A DNA stretch of 64,000 bases from Planctomycetota bacterium. GTDB lineage: Bacteria > Planctomycetota > UBA8108 > UBA1146. Numbering within the stretch: position 1 is the first letter of the stretch; every line of letters starts with the position of its first letter. The DNA is taken from the NCBI GenBank assembly GCA_012960845.1, contig DUAN01000157.1:6739-70738 (forward strand), read 5' to 3'. Positions 32,941 through 43,421 of this stretch are shown in pieces. The position numbers were made by a program, and so were the translations under genes. The notes below the pieces were generated by a model, which was not told where the DNA came from, did no database searches, and was given only the letters and a program-made list of their open reading frames with translations.

Positions 32941-33639
32941 ATGAAACTGTTATCGATCTTGATCTTGCTCGTCTTCAGTGTGGTCTCTCCTCTGCATGAT
33001 GAGCCGGAGACTGTGCAGGATCCCATCGAGAAATCGCAGCTCCCCAGAGTTCTGATCATCGGGGACTCCATATCCATCGGATACACACCATTTGTACAGA
33101 AGGCCCTGCGCGACAGGGCGATAGTGATTCACAATCCAGGCAATGCTCAACACACCGGTACCGGGTTGAAACGGATCGATCAGTGGTTGGGAGATGGAAA
33201 CTGGGAGGTGATTCACTTCAACTGGGGTCTATGGGATCTCTGTTATCGTGATCCCCCGGGGAGCCGCAAGCAGGGTAAGGAGAAGGGCAAGGTCACCCTG
33301 TCCTCTCAGCAATACGGGGTCAATCTCGAGAAGTTGATCTTGCGTCTCCAGCAGACCAAGGCTCGGCTGATCTGGGCCAGCACCACACGGGTTCCAGAGG
33401 GGGAGAAGGGGAGATTCGTCGGTGACGACATCCGCTACAACCGGGTCGCCCAGAAATTGATGAAGAAGTACAAGATTCCCATCAACGATCTTCATGCAGT
33501 CAGTAGCCAATTGGATCCGAAATTATTCAGAGCCCCGGGTGATGTTCATTTCAAACCTGAGGGACGCAAGGAACTGGCAAAGAAGGTCACCGAAGCGATC
33601 GACATGGCATTGGCGATGACCTCCAGTTCGGGCCACTAG
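32941..33639 (+). CDS. SGNH/GDSL-family hydrolase, secreted
   Basis: A signal peptide MKLLSILILLVF is followed by the GDSIS block I motif and the typical SGNH spacing. Confidence 0.6.
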   Translation: MKLLSILILLVFSVVSPLHDEPETVQDPIEKSQLPRVLIIGDSISIGYTPFVQKALRDRAIVIHNPGNAQHTGTGLKRIDQWLGDGNWEVIHFNWGLWDLCYRDPPGSRKQGKEKGKVTLSSQQYGVNLEKLILRLQQTKARLIWASTTRVPEGEKGRFVGDDIRYNRVAQKLMKKYKIPINDLHAVSSQLDPKLFRAPGDVHFKPEGRKELAKKVTEAIDMALAMTSSSGH

Positions 33640-34424
33640 GAAGAGGCGCTCGAGTAGTGGCGCAAGGCCAGGTTCCAGAAGGCTCGCATTCCCAGGAATG
33701 AGCAGGCGGTCACGCCGAGAACCCAGGAGATCAATAACGGGTCGGGTCCTTCGAATAGAATTCTCGCTGGCAAGGCGATGACCAGCAGCGCCGGAAAAAC
33801 CGTCATCAAGATTCTGCGAGTCCAGATGGAATAGATCTTATCGGGACGTTCCATCAATTCTGTGGCAGAGAAGAATGCGGTCACCAGTCCACGGTTGGTG
33901 TGAGTCCAGAAGACTGGAATCTGGAAGAACATCTGCAAGATGTAATGAAGAAATGCTCCATTGAGGATCAGGAACAGGAACCAGATCAGATTTGTAGTTT
34001 CCAGTTCGCCGGGATAGCGAAGGATCGACCAGCAGAGGATTCCCGAGGCGATGAGCAGATTCAGGAAAGAGTTGGCGGCAAAGTCTCGCAAGCTGAGGAA
34101 GAATAGCGATGAGACCGGCCTCACCACGTAGTAGTCGAGATCGCCCTTGTTCACCAGGATCGGCATCCACCACATGTTGTTGCTGAATACGGTCATGTGA
34201 ATCGCATCGATGACCAGGAAACCAGAGACGAAGATGAGGATCTGATCGTAATTCCAGCCGCCGAGCATATCGGTGTGCTGGTAGAGGATCGTGAAGAAGA
34301 TCAACTCCACCACGTAGAACATGCAATCCATGACGATGCGGAACCAGAAATCCATCCTGTATTCGAGCGAGCGGCTGAATGAGAACTTGAGGAACTGGAG
34401 ATAGAGACGCAAGTATCGATTCAT
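33636..34424 (-). CDS. ABC-2 family transporter permease
   Basis: It is a polytopic membrane protein and the third gene of the ATPase-permease-permease operon. Its 3' end overlaps the convergent SGNH gene by 4 nt. Confidence 0.6.
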   Translation of the reverse strand: MNRYLRLYLQFLKFSFSRSLEYRMDFWFRIVMDCMFYVVELIFFTILYQHTDMLGGWNYDQILIFVSGFLVIDAIHMTVFSNNMWWMPILVNKGDLDYYVVRPVSSLFFLSLRDFAANSFLNLLIASGILCWSILRYPGELETTNLIWFLFLILNGAFLHYILQMFFQIPVFWTHTNRGLVTAFFSATELMERPDKIYSIWTRRILMTVFPALLVIALPARILFEGPDPLLISWVLGVTACSFLGMRAFWNLALRHYSSASS

Positions 34425-35236
34425 CAGATACCCACCCCTGTGTATCGAAGATCACCTCTGCGCCACACGGGTATCGACAGCAAACCGATCAGCAAACTCC
34501 AGAGCAAGCAGTAGCAGATTCCCTCGAGCCATGTGACGAGGTCGATCTTTCCCAGGGCTACCAGGGTCGGAAATTCAAACAGATATGAAAATGGCAACCA
34601 GTGGAGACCGACCTGGATCGACTCCGGAAAGAGAGTCAGTGGTAGCATGGCTCCACCCAGAAGCATCGTCACGAAACGCAACATCACTGACAGGCTCCAG
34701 ACATTGTCGGCCCAGAAAGCGATGTACTGAGGAGTGAGGCTCATCAGGAAAAACAGCAGGTGAGCCACAAGGATCGAGGGGATCGCCATCAGCAGGCTGA
34801 TCGGTGTGACATCTGCGGTGGTGGAGATTCCCAGCAGTGGAATGGCGACCAGTCCCATCATCAGTGACTGAAACAGATCTGGCAGGATGTTGCCGACCTG
34901 TTGCGCGTACTTGATGAAGGGATAGTGTCGAGGGTAGAGCAGGTAACGGCTCAACGCCCCGTCATAGATGTCGGTCGCGACGGACATCTGCAGGTCGCCA
35001 CCGCGAACGATGCGCCCGGTCAAGAAAACCATCACTCCGTAGGCGAGGATCCCATTCAGATCCCAGCCACCGATCAGTTCCTTGCCCGATTCGGCAAAGA
35101 TGGCTTCCCACAATGCCCAGAGAATCACCAGATTCACCACCAGGGCTACCACCATGGTGATCCAGAAATCGACTCGATAACTCATCAACTTCTTCGCCTC
35201 GACGAGAACCAGGTGGAAGAAGAGAGAGGGACTCAT
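34424..35236 (-). CDS. ABC-2 family transporter permease
   Basis: It is a polytopic membrane protein whose start overlaps the ATPase stop. It is paralogous in organisation to the downstream permease. Confidence 0.6.
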   Translation of the reverse strand: MSPSLFFHLVLVEAKKLMSYRVDFWITMVVALVVNLVILWALWEAIFAESGKELIGGWDLNGILAYGVMVFLTGRIVRGGDLQMSVATDIYDGALSRYLLYPRHYPFIKYAQQVGNILPDLFQSLMMGLVAIPLLGISTTADVTPISLLMAIPSILVAHLLFFLMSLTPQYIAFWADNVWSLSVMLRFVTMLLGGAMLPLTLFPESIQVGLHWLPFSYLFEFPTLVALGKIDLVTWLEGICYCLLWSLLIGLLSIPVWRRGDLRYTGVGI

Positions 35237-36228
35237 CGAGTTTCATCCGCCTTGCCAGCCATGATTCTCTCGATGGTGTCACCGATCTCTGGATCCTCGA
35301 TGGAAAGATCGATGACCGAGTACTTGCGAAGTAACTCGGCAGCGACTTCTGGGACCTTATCTCGGTCTACCCGCAAGCATAACGAGCCAGGGTCACATTC
35401 GACCACCTTGCCCATCATTTCCAGTGAAGCGGCGTTCAGCGGATTCGTCGAGCTGCGATGTACATTCAAGCGGAGCTGTTTGTAGGGAGCGTACTCTCGC
35501 ATCACCCGGTCCAGGCTTCCGTCATAGACGATCTCTCCCTCGCGAATGATGATGATTCGCTCGCAGAGTCGCTCGATGTCCTCCATGTAATGGCTCGTCA
35601 AGATCATTGCCGGTGCATTTTTTTGTCGGTAGTCGAGCAGGAAATCCCGCACAGACCTCTGCGTGGTGATGTCGAGGCCAATCGTCGGTTCATCGAGATA
35701 CACCACCCTTGGAGAGTGGAGCAGGGCGGCGATCAACTCCATCTTCATCCGTTCACCCAGCGATAACCGGCGGAGCTGGATGTTCATCTCATCGCCGATC
35801 TGGAGCATTTCTGACAGTTTAGCGAGTGTCTTGCGGTACTGCTCTGGCGGAATCTGGTAGATCTCCCTCAGCAACTCGAAGCAATCCGCACCGGGCAGAT
35901 CCCACCACAATTGGGCTTTTTGACCCATGATCAGCGCGATCTGACGGCGGAAGGCGTCTTCACGCTTCCACGGAACATGACCGAGTACTTCGGCTTTCCC
36001 GGAAGTGGGGTGGATGATGCCTGATAGCATCTTCACCAGGGTGGTCTTGCCCGCTCCGTTGGCGCCGATGAGCCCGACGATTTCGCCCTCATTGACCTCG
36101 AAGGTCGATCCTGTGACCGCCACCTTGTCGATCCAGTCACGCCGGAACAATGACTTCACCGATGCGGCGAACCCGGGCTGCTTACGGTGAACTTTGAAGA
36201 TTTTTCTGAGATCCTGAACCTTGATCAC
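35233..36228 (-). CDS. ABC transporter ATP-binding protein
   Basis: The GTG start has an AGGAGG RBS. It has Walker A GANGAGKTT, the signature LSLGERMK and Walker B VVYLDEPT. Confidence 0.85.
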   Translation of the reverse strand: MIKVQDLRKIFKVHRKQPGFAASVKSLFRRDWIDKVAVTGSTFEVNEGEIVGLIGANGAGKTTLVKMLSGIIHPTSGKAEVLGHVPWKREDAFRRQIALIMGQKAQLWWDLPGADCFELLREIYQIPPEQYRKTLAKLSEMLQIGDEMNIQLRRLSLGERMKMELIAALLHSPRVVYLDEPTIGLDITTQRSVRDFLLDYRQKNAPAMILTSHYMEDIERLCERIIIIREGEIVYDGSLDRVMREYAPYKQLRLNVHRSSTNPLNAASLEMMGKVVECDPGSLCLRVDRDKVPEVAAELLRKYSVIDLSIEDPEIGDTIERIMAGKADETR

Positions 36229-36756
36229 TGTTTCCTCCTCGGTTCTGGCACTGTTTTACAGCACATCTAGCCGAACCGGATTTTTTTTCAAAAACAGTGG
36301 TCCGACTTTCCATCCGTTCCGGATCTATGGGGAAGTGAACGCTTGGTTGCCGTCTGGAACCCGTGTCCAGATGGGGCGTTCTGTTGCTCTTGAGGGATGG
36401 GATGGCAGGATCACGGATCCGGTCCGTATTCTGCGAATTGGTCATGAGGATACGATCTATCACCAATGAGGCCTTGTGCTGGAACCCTGTTCCGCATTGG
36501 ATCGGGCAGATGACATCTGGCTCGACACCGCCTCTTTCTCCACGGACTCCTCGTTCACTTCCACTGCTCATCCCACTGGTCATCCCACTGGGTCGCCGCT
36601 CCAGCGTGAGCGGGTGCAATATCCCCGAGCCAGAAGTTTCTCGCCAGCCAGCCACAAATTATAAAAATCTCGTACCCGATAGGTTTGGGTACTTTGCCAC
36701 TTCCCGTTGGATCAGAAATAAGTCTGGTCGTCTCGGGAAATCAGAAAGGGGACACC

Positions 36757-39700
36757 ATGTCCTTGCCCAGGTTCCTGGCGGCAGTTGCCGCATGTTTCCT
36801 CCTGGGAGCATCCTCTCTGGCTCAAGTCATCGAGGATCGCCAACCAGGAGTCGTTGAACTCCAGATCGAGAGCTCCCGGATCACCGGGCTCGCTAGCCTC
36901 ATCACGGGGCCAGATGGAGCGCCGATTCCAGGTATTGAAGATCGGCTCGACCCGATCTCCATTTTCTCCATCCATGGGCGCCTTTTTGGGATTACCGATG
37001 CCTCTTCTGAACTGCGCCGCATCAGCACCTCGTTGTGCGACCTGGGTAATGTTCATCATCGCTATCAGCAGATTTACCGAGGCATCGAGGTACTCACCGG
37101 TCAGGTGATCGTGCACCAGGATCCTCAAGGTCGCTTTCTTGCGGTCAACGGAGACTTCTACCCGATCCGCAGCCAGGTCCCGACTCAGCCCGATTTCTCC
37201 CTCGAAGATGCGATCTTTCTCGCCGCTGGAGAGATGAAGATTGAAAATCCACAAACCCTCGAAGAGAAGCTGGTGATCGTCGATCCCCGCTGGTACGGAG
37301 ATCCTTCCGATGGCCAGGTGCACCTCGCATGGCACATGGTGATCGGCTCGGAGCGAGTCCTGCCTCAGCATGTATTGATCGATGCCATCGATGGAGATCT
37401 GGTCGATTCCTGGCCTGCAGTGCATTCGGCGATCAATCGCCAGATCTACGATGGCTCCGGTGGTGGACTGCCGGGGATCCTCGCCAGGAACGAGGGAGGC
37501 GCGGCGACCGGTGACTCCAATGTCGATGCTATTTACGACTTCACCGGAGATTTCTACCAGTTGTTGAATGCCGGACTGAACCGAGACAGCCTCGATGGAT
37601 CGGGCAATGCCCTGGTGGCCACGGCCAACTGGAATGATGGGATCTGCCCCAATGCGATCTGGAATGGCTCGGGCACTGCGTTCTGCAACGGTCTAGGAAC
37701 CGACGATATCGTCGGCCACGAATTTGGCCATGGACTGACCGATTACACCGCAGACCTGATCTATCAGAACCAGTCGGGGCAGCTCAACGAGTCCTTCTCC
37801 GACGTGTTCGGTGAACTGATCGATCTGTGGAATGGAAATGCTTCCGAAGCGGGCACTCCCGGTGGCGCCCCATGGCCCCCCAGCCCGACAGGAGGCGGCA
37901 CCGATACACCCAACTCCGGTCGTACCGGCTGCGGAGATGCCTCAGTTCGGTGGTTGATGGGAGAGGACAGTTCACTCGGGGCGATCCGCGACATGTGGTC
38001 TCCTCAATGCATGGGGGATCCTCCCAGTGCTCTCGATCCGATCTACGAATCCACCAGTTGTGACCCTGGATTTGATGGTGGTGGCGTACACTTCGGTTCT
38101 GGAGTTCCCAATCATGCATTTGCCATGGTCACCGACGGCAAGAGTTTTAACGGACAAACCGTCACGGGAATCGGAGCCATCAAGTCGGCCGCAGTGTGGT
38201 TCAGAACTTTGACCGTATACCTGACACCAGGATCCGATTTCAACCAGGCCTACACGCTGTTCAATCAAGCCGCCAGTGATCTGGTCGGCACCACGCCCAA
38301 TGATCCACGAACTGGTGGGCCATCCGCATCCTCCTTCACCTCTGACGATGCATTGCAGATTCAAAATGCACTGATCGCGGTAGAGATGAATGCCGCAGGT
38401 ATTTGCTCACCGCCTCCTCCGCCCGACAATGACGATTGTGTCACTGCAACGGTGGTCGCTGCGGGGATCATCCCCATCGACAACAGCGGTGGAACCAATA
38501 GCGGAGTTTTGGCCGATGAAAGCCAGTGCTCCGGCACATTCCTCGGACAGGTGGCCAAGGATATCTGGTTCAGTTACACACCCGCACAGGATGGCACGGT
38601 GACCCTCTCAACCTGCAACATCGCCAGCTGGGATACTGATGCAGTGGTCTACACCGGCAGTTGCTCTTCGTTAACCCAGGTCGCCTGCAACGGCGACGCC
38701 ACAGGTTGTAGCAACTGGACCTCCATCATCGAGAACATGGCGGTGACCGGAGGAACCAATTACAAGATTCGCATCGGAAGTTACGGCTCCAGTGGTGGAT
38801 CTGGTGAGATGGATCTCACCTTCACACCCGGTGGTGGATCTCCAGTAGAGGTCTGCAACAACGGGGTGGATGACGACGGCGACGGTTTCATCGACTGTTC
38901 CGACTCCGATTGTGCTCTCGACCCTGCATGTAGCTCCACTCCGCCAGAAGATTGCACCAACGGTGTCGATGACGATGGAGATGGAGCGACCGATTGCGCC
39001 GATCCCGATTGTGTCGGCGATCCTGCCTGTGTGGCCACTGCCGATGGAGATGAGTGCGTCGATGCGATTCTCGCCACCCTCGGAAGTAACGGTGTAAATT
39101 CGGTGGGTGCGACCGATTCGATCGATCTTTCCGACCCTGCGCAGTGCCCCAGCACCTTCCTCGGGGGCTTTTACCAGGACATCTGGTACAGCTTCATTCC
39201 CGCCACTGACGGGTTATTCACCGTGAGCCTTTGCGGCACGGTCACCTTCGACTCCGATGTGTCGATCTACGTCGGTACCTGTGGTGCCCTCGATCAGATC
39301 GCCTGTAATGGAGACGGAGCCGGCTGCCCGGGCTTCAGTTCGTTACTCTCCGATGTCCCGGTGACTGCTGGAATCGAGTACAAGATCAGGGTCGGTGGCT
39401 GGAATGATGGAGCCAATGGTACCGGAACGATGGAACTCACGCTGGTCGGAGGCACCACCGAGAATTGCACCAACGGTATCGACGACGATCTCGACAGTTT
39501 GATCGATTGTGAGGATCCCGATTGCTCTGGTGATCCCGCCTGCATCCCGTTCCCTGCGGATGAGTGCGCCACCTCGATCGCTGCCATCATCGGTTCGAAT
39601 CCGATCGACACATCGGGCGCTACCGATAGTGGAGATCTTGTCGCTCCCTGTAGCGGTTCATTCATCGGGTTGATGAGTCAGGACATCTGGTACAACTTCC

Positions 39701-41073
39701 AGCCGCCCTCCAACGGCAATCTGATCATCTCTACCTGTGGAACAGTTGGGTTTGATTCGAGTCTGATCGTTTACCAGGGGAGTTGCGGAGCCCTGGTTCA
39801 GGTCGCTTGCGACGGAGATTTCTGTGGGCTGGCGTCCGAGGTGATGCTGCCAGTCAACGGAGGTGAGCAGCTCAAGATACGCTTCGGTTCTGCAGTTGCA
39901 GGAGTGGGCGGTATCGGTTCGTTACAGATCGACATGGTGGTACCTCAACCCGAAGATTGCAGCAATGGTATCGATGACGATCTCGATAGCCTGGTCGATT
40001 GCCTCGATCCGGACTGTGCCACAGATCCGGTTTGTACCTGCGATCCGATCTCTGGCTTCACTTGTGATCAGGGTGCAGGTCTCGAGGTACTCCTCGGTTG
40101 GGTCAATGGCGAGAGCTATGACCAGATCCAGCTGGTTCGGGATGGTTCCTTGCTGGCCAATCTGCCAGGTACCGCGACCAATTACCTGGACGCTTCCACT
40201 CCGATCGGGGTGCGGACCTACATGGTGACCGGGTACTGCGGAGGATCTCAGGCGACCGCCATCTGCGATGTTCTGGTCGAGATGCCAGCGGGTTACCGCT
40301 TTGTCGCACCCCAGGTGTCTGGTGAGTTCGACGAACTCAGTGGAGTCGGGACAGTGACGGCTGCCATCTCCATCGGAGAAGAAACTAACAACCCAGGATT
40401 CCCCAATGAAACACAGGGGTTCTCGATGTCGCTGGCTCATGATCCGGGTGTACTGACGGCCGTCGCCTTGCAGTCGGCTCCGATACTGGCCGTGATGAAC
40501 GGTGCCAGTGGTCCCGACTTCATGTCAGAGGCGCTCCTTCCTGGCGGCTTCACCGTCGGCGTCGTGTACAGTTTTCCTGGTACCGAGACCCTTGCATTCG
40601 CCAGTGACACCGAGGTTCTGGTCGTCTCTTACGACACCAATGCGCCGGCCATCGCCGGATCTTCTGTAGCCGTTTCTTCGTCACTCCAGTGGGTGAGCAC
40701 CATCGGAACCAGCACCGTCGAGAATATTGTGGTCGTGAATGGGGCCGGCTACCTGGCAGATCTGATCGATGGAACGGTGACGCTCGATCCCGTGGCTCCC
40801 GGCGGATTCAACCGTGGGGACTGCAATGTCGATGCGGGATTCGACATCGCAGACATCATCCATCTGCTCGATGGTCTGTTCGGCGGGGGAAGTTTCTCCT
40901 GTGTTTCAGCCTGTGATTACAACGATGATGCCCTGGTCAATGTTGCGGATCCGATTTACGGCCTGACCAGTCTGTTCAGCGGTGGCATTCCTCCGGCAGC
41001 GCCGCACGGTTTCTGTGGCCCGGATCCGACGGCAGACACCCTCGATTGCGTCCTCTACGACGCCTGTAACTGA
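36757..41073 (+). CDS. secreted multidomain M4 (thermolysin-like) zinc metalloprotease with PPC-like domains, Cys-rich repeats and C-terminal dockerin
   Basis: It has a signal peptide, the HEFGHGLTDY (HExxH) motif plus NESFSDVFGE for the third Zn ligand, and four PPC-like modules. It carries four copies of CxNGxDDDxDxxxDCxDxDC and a C-terminal dockerin-like pair (DCNVDAGFDIADIIHLLDGLF; DYNDDALVNVADPIYGL). Confidence 0.8.
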   Translation: MSLPRFLAAVAACFLLGASSLAQVIEDRQPGVVELQIESSRITGLASLITGPDGAPIPGIEDRLDPISIFSIHGRLFGITDASSELRRISTSLCDLGNVHHRYQQIYRGIEVLTGQVIVHQDPQGRFLAVNGDFYPIRSQVPTQPDFSLEDAIFLAAGEMKIENPQTLEEKLVIVDPRWYGDPSDGQVHLAWHMVIGSERVLPQHVLIDAIDGDLVDSWPAVHSAINRQIYDGSGGGLPGILARNEGGAATGDSNVDAIYDFTGDFYQLLNAGLNRDSLDGSGNALVATANWNDGICPNAIWNGSGTAFCNGLGTDDIVGHEFGHGLTDYTADLIYQNQSGQLNESFSDVFGELIDLWNGNASEAGTPGGAPWPPSPTGGGTDTPNSGRTGCGDASVRWLMGEDSSLGAIRDMWSPQCMGDPPSALDPIYESTSCDPGFDGGGVHFGSGVPNHAFAMVTDGKSFNGQTVTGIGAIKSAAVWFRTLTVYLTPGSDFNQAYTLFNQAASDLVGTTPNDPRTGGPSASSFTSDDALQIQNALIAVEMNAAGICSPPPPPDNDDCVTATVVAAGIIPIDNSGGTNSGVLADESQCSGTFLGQVAKDIWFSYTPAQDGTVTLSTCNIASWDTDAVVYTGSCSSLTQVACNGDATGCSNWTSIIENMAVTGGTNYKIRIGSYGSSGGSGEMDLTFTPGGGSPVEVCNNGVDDDGDGFIDCSDSDCALDPACSSTPPEDCTNGVDDDGDGATDCADPDCVGDPACVATADGDECVDAILATLGSNGVNSVGATDSIDLSDPAQCPSTFLGGFYQDIWYSFIPATDGLFTVSLCGTVTFDSDVSIYVGTCGALDQIACNGDGAGCPGFSSLLSDVPVTAGIEYKIRVGGWNDGANGTGTMELTLVGGTTENCTNGIDDDLDSLIDCEDPDCSGDPACIPFPADECATSIAAIIGSNPIDTSGATDSGDLVAPCSGSFIGLMSQDIWYNFQPPSNGNLIISTCGTVGFDSSLIVYQGSCGALVQVACDGDFCGLASEVMLPVNGGEQLKIRFGSAVAGVGGIGSLQIDMVVPQPEDCSNGIDDDLDSLVDCLDPDCATDPVCTCDPISGFTCDQGAGLEVLLGWVNGESYDQIQLVRDGSLLANLPGTATNYLDASTPIGVRTYMVTGYCGGSQATAICDVLVEMPAGYRFVAPQVSGEFDELSGVGTVTAAISIGEETNNPGFPNETQGFSMSLAHDPGVLTAVALQSAPILAVMNGASGPDFMSEALLPGGFTVGVVYSFPGTETLAFASDTEVLVVSYDTNAPAIAGSSVAVSSSLQWVSTIGTSTVENIVVVNGAGYLADLIDGTVTLDPVAPGGFNRGDCNVDAGFDIADIIHLLDGLFGGGSFSCVSACDYNDDALVNVADPIYGLTSLFSGGIPPAAPHGFCGPDPTADTLDCVLYDACN

Positions 41074-41104
41074 TTCCCAGCAGCGGGAGAGTACGGTTTT
41101 ATTG

Positions 41105-41140
41105 GGCCCCGGGGCAAACTGCCCCGGGGCTTCTCTTTTG
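41105..41140 (+). terminator. rho-independent terminator after the protease gene
   Basis: A stem ggccccggggc / gccccggggc with loop aaact is followed by ttctcttttg. Confidence 0.7.
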
Positions 41141-41311
41141 ATCGGAATCTGCTCGATGGTGGTCCGATATTGATCGGGGTGACCGGATGGACCGCCTGCG
41201 GTCCGCTTGCCCACCGCTGCGCTGGCTCCTACGATCTACCTGCTGACTTTCTCTCGCTTCGAGATCGATGTCACTCTCAGTCTTCAAGATTCGGAAGGTG
41301 GAACCAGTCTC

Positions 41312-42202
41312 ATGTCCTCACAAGTCTCTGAAGCCGCTCAACAACTGGTCAACTCGGTCGAACGGGTAGCGGTGGTCGGTGCCGGAACGATGGGCAATGG
41401 TATCGCCCAGGTGTTCGCACAGGCGGGTTATTCCGTCTTGATCATCGATCCCTTCGAGGGAGCTCTGGATCGAGCCCGTGGAACCATCGAAAACAGTCTC
41501 GGCAGGATGGTCAAAAAGGAAAAGATCACCGCTGAAGCGGCGCAGACGATCCTCGCCCGGATCACCTTCGAGGCGGGAATCGAAGCCGCTGCCGGTGCCA
41601 GTTGGGGGATCGAAGCGGTGCCCGAAAGTGAAGAACTGAAGGAGAAGGTGATCTCGGCCCTCGATGCGCAGATCGTAGATGGTGGAGTGATCGCATCGAA
41701 TACATCTTCCATCTCCATCACTCGTCTGGCCAATTACACCGGGCGACCGGAGTCCTTTGTCGGCATGCACTTCATGAATCCGGTGCCGATGATGAAGTTG
41801 GTCGAGGTGATTCGAGGGCACAAGAGTTCCGATACGGTGGTCGAAGCGACACTGGAACTCTCCCGTCGTCTCGGCAAGGAGCCGTGGGAGGCTCAGGATT
41901 ACCCCGGATTCGTCGCCAATCGTATCCTCGCACCGATGCTCAACGAGGCGGTCTACGCCTTGATGGAAGGTGTAGCGACCCGGGAGGCGATCGACGAGGT
42001 GATGAAACTGGGGATGGGCCATCCGATGGGACCACTGGCCCTGGCCGATTTCATCGGACTCGATGTTTGTCTCAACATCCTCGAACTACTGCAGGCTGAA
42101 CTGGGAGATCCGAAGTACCGTCCCTGCCCATTGCTCCGGAGAATGGTCGCCGCTGGTGATCTGGGGCGAAAGAGCGGACGCGGATTTTACGATTATTCGT
42201 GA
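41312..42202 (+). CDS. hbd: 3-hydroxybutyryl-CoA dehydrogenase
   Basis: It has VAVVGAGTMGNGIAQV as an NAD Rossmann motif and a 3HCDH C-terminal domain, with an RBS ggaaggtgga. Confidence 0.85.
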   Translation: MSSQVSEAAQQLVNSVERVAVVGAGTMGNGIAQVFAQAGYSVLIIDPFEGALDRARGTIENSLGRMVKKEKITAEAAQTILARITFEAGIEAAAGASWGIEAVPESEELKEKVISALDAQIVDGGVIASNTSSISITRLANYTGRPESFVGMHFMNPVPMMKLVEVIRGHKSSDTVVEATLELSRRLGKEPWEAQDYPGFVANRILAPMLNEAVYALMEGVATREAIDEVMKLGMGHPMGPLALADFIGLDVCLNILELLQAELGDPKYRPCPLLRRMVAAGDLGRKSGRGFYDYS

Positions 42203-42218
42203 GCGAAAGGTGTGATCG

Positions 42219-43418
42219 ATGCGCGATGACGAGACCTCTGCTGGGATCGATGGAAGCCTGGGTGCCATGCTCGGCACTACCCTCTCTCCTGAGCACTCGA
42301 AACTGCAGCAAACATGCCGGGAGTTTGCCGATGAGGTGCTGATTCCTGCGGCTGATCTACACGATCGGGAGGAATCCTATCCGGCCAGGAATGTCGATCG
42401 GCTGGCGAAGCTGGGAATGATGGGAATCCTCGCTCCGGTCCGCTTCGGTGGCCTCGGCATGGACAATCTCGGACTTTGTCTGGCACTCGAGGAGATCAAC
42501 CGTGGATGCGCATCCACCGGGGTCACTCTTTCGGTTCATAACTCACTCCTCTCCAGTCCATTGCTCCACTTCGGAACAGAAGCACAGCAGGAGAAATTCT
42601 TTCCACGTCTCGCCAGTGGTGAATCGCTGGGTGCCTATGCCATCACAGAACCGGATCATGGCTCGGACGCGGTGGGTATCGAGACCACCTGTCGTCGCGA
42701 GGGCGATGAATGGGTTCTCAACGGAACCAAGGCCTGGATCACCAATGGTTCCCATGCCTCGATCGTCATCACCTTTGCCACCATCGATCCCTCGATGCGT
42801 TCGCGCGGCATCCATGCCTTCGTGATCGAGAACACCATGCCTGGCTTCTCGGTCGGAAAGAAGGAGAAGAAACTGGGAATCCGCGGCTCGGATACGGTGC
42901 AACTGGTATTTGACGAGATGAGAGTTCCGGCAGAAAACCTGCTCGGAGAAGAGGGGCAGGGCTTCAAGATTGCCATGCATACCCTCGACGGAGGGCGGAT
43001 CGGAATTGCCACACAGGGGGTCGGAATCGCCCAGGCGTGTCTCGATGCCACCGTTTCTTTTGCCGAGGGCCATCAGATGTTTGGTCGGAAACTGGCGGAC
43101 AATCAACTCGCCTCACACAAGATTGCCGACATGGCGACCCGCATCGAGGCGGCTCGGTTGTTGACGGTCCGTGCCGCACTGCTCAAGGACGCAGGTCTAC
43201 CTCATTCTCGACAGGCTTCGATGGCCAAGTTGAGTGCTTCCGAGATCGCCAACGATGCCGCTCGCATGGCTCTCGAAATTCACGGAGGAGCGGGGCTGGG
43301 ACGACAGAATCCAGTCGAAAGGCTCTTTCGCGATGCCAAGATCACCGAAATTTACGAGGGAACCAGTCAGATTCAGCGCCTGGTCATCGCTCGTCATGTT
43401 CGACCGGGTCGGGGGTGA
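42219..43418 (+). CDS. acyl-CoA dehydrogenase (short/branched-chain type)
   Basis: It shows the ACAD fold with YAITEPDHGSD and the catalytic region IYEGTSQIQRLVIAR. Confidence 0.85.
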   Translation: MRDDETSAGIDGSLGAMLGTTLSPEHSKLQQTCREFADEVLIPAADLHDREESYPARNVDRLAKLGMMGILAPVRFGGLGMDNLGLCLALEEINRGCASTGVTLSVHNSLLSSPLLHFGTEAQQEKFFPRLASGESLGAYAITEPDHGSDAVGIETTCRREGDEWVLNGTKAWITNGSHASIVITFATIDPSMRSRGIHAFVIENTMPGFSVGKKEKKLGIRGSDTVQLVFDEMRVPAENLLGEEGQGFKIAMHTLDGGRIGIATQGVGIAQACLDATVSFAEGHQMFGRKLADNQLASHKIADMATRIEAARLLTVRAALLKDAGLPHSRQASMAKLSASEIANDAARMALEIHGGAGLGRQNPVERLFRDAKITEIYEGTSQIQRLVIARHVRPGRG

Positions 43419-43421
43419 GAG

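Noticed and set aside
38781-39665. Two 123-124-aa minus-strand ORFs inside the M4 protease gene.
   Set aside because: They are antisense to a clearly coding repeat-rich gene and have Ser/Pro-rich low-complexity translations.
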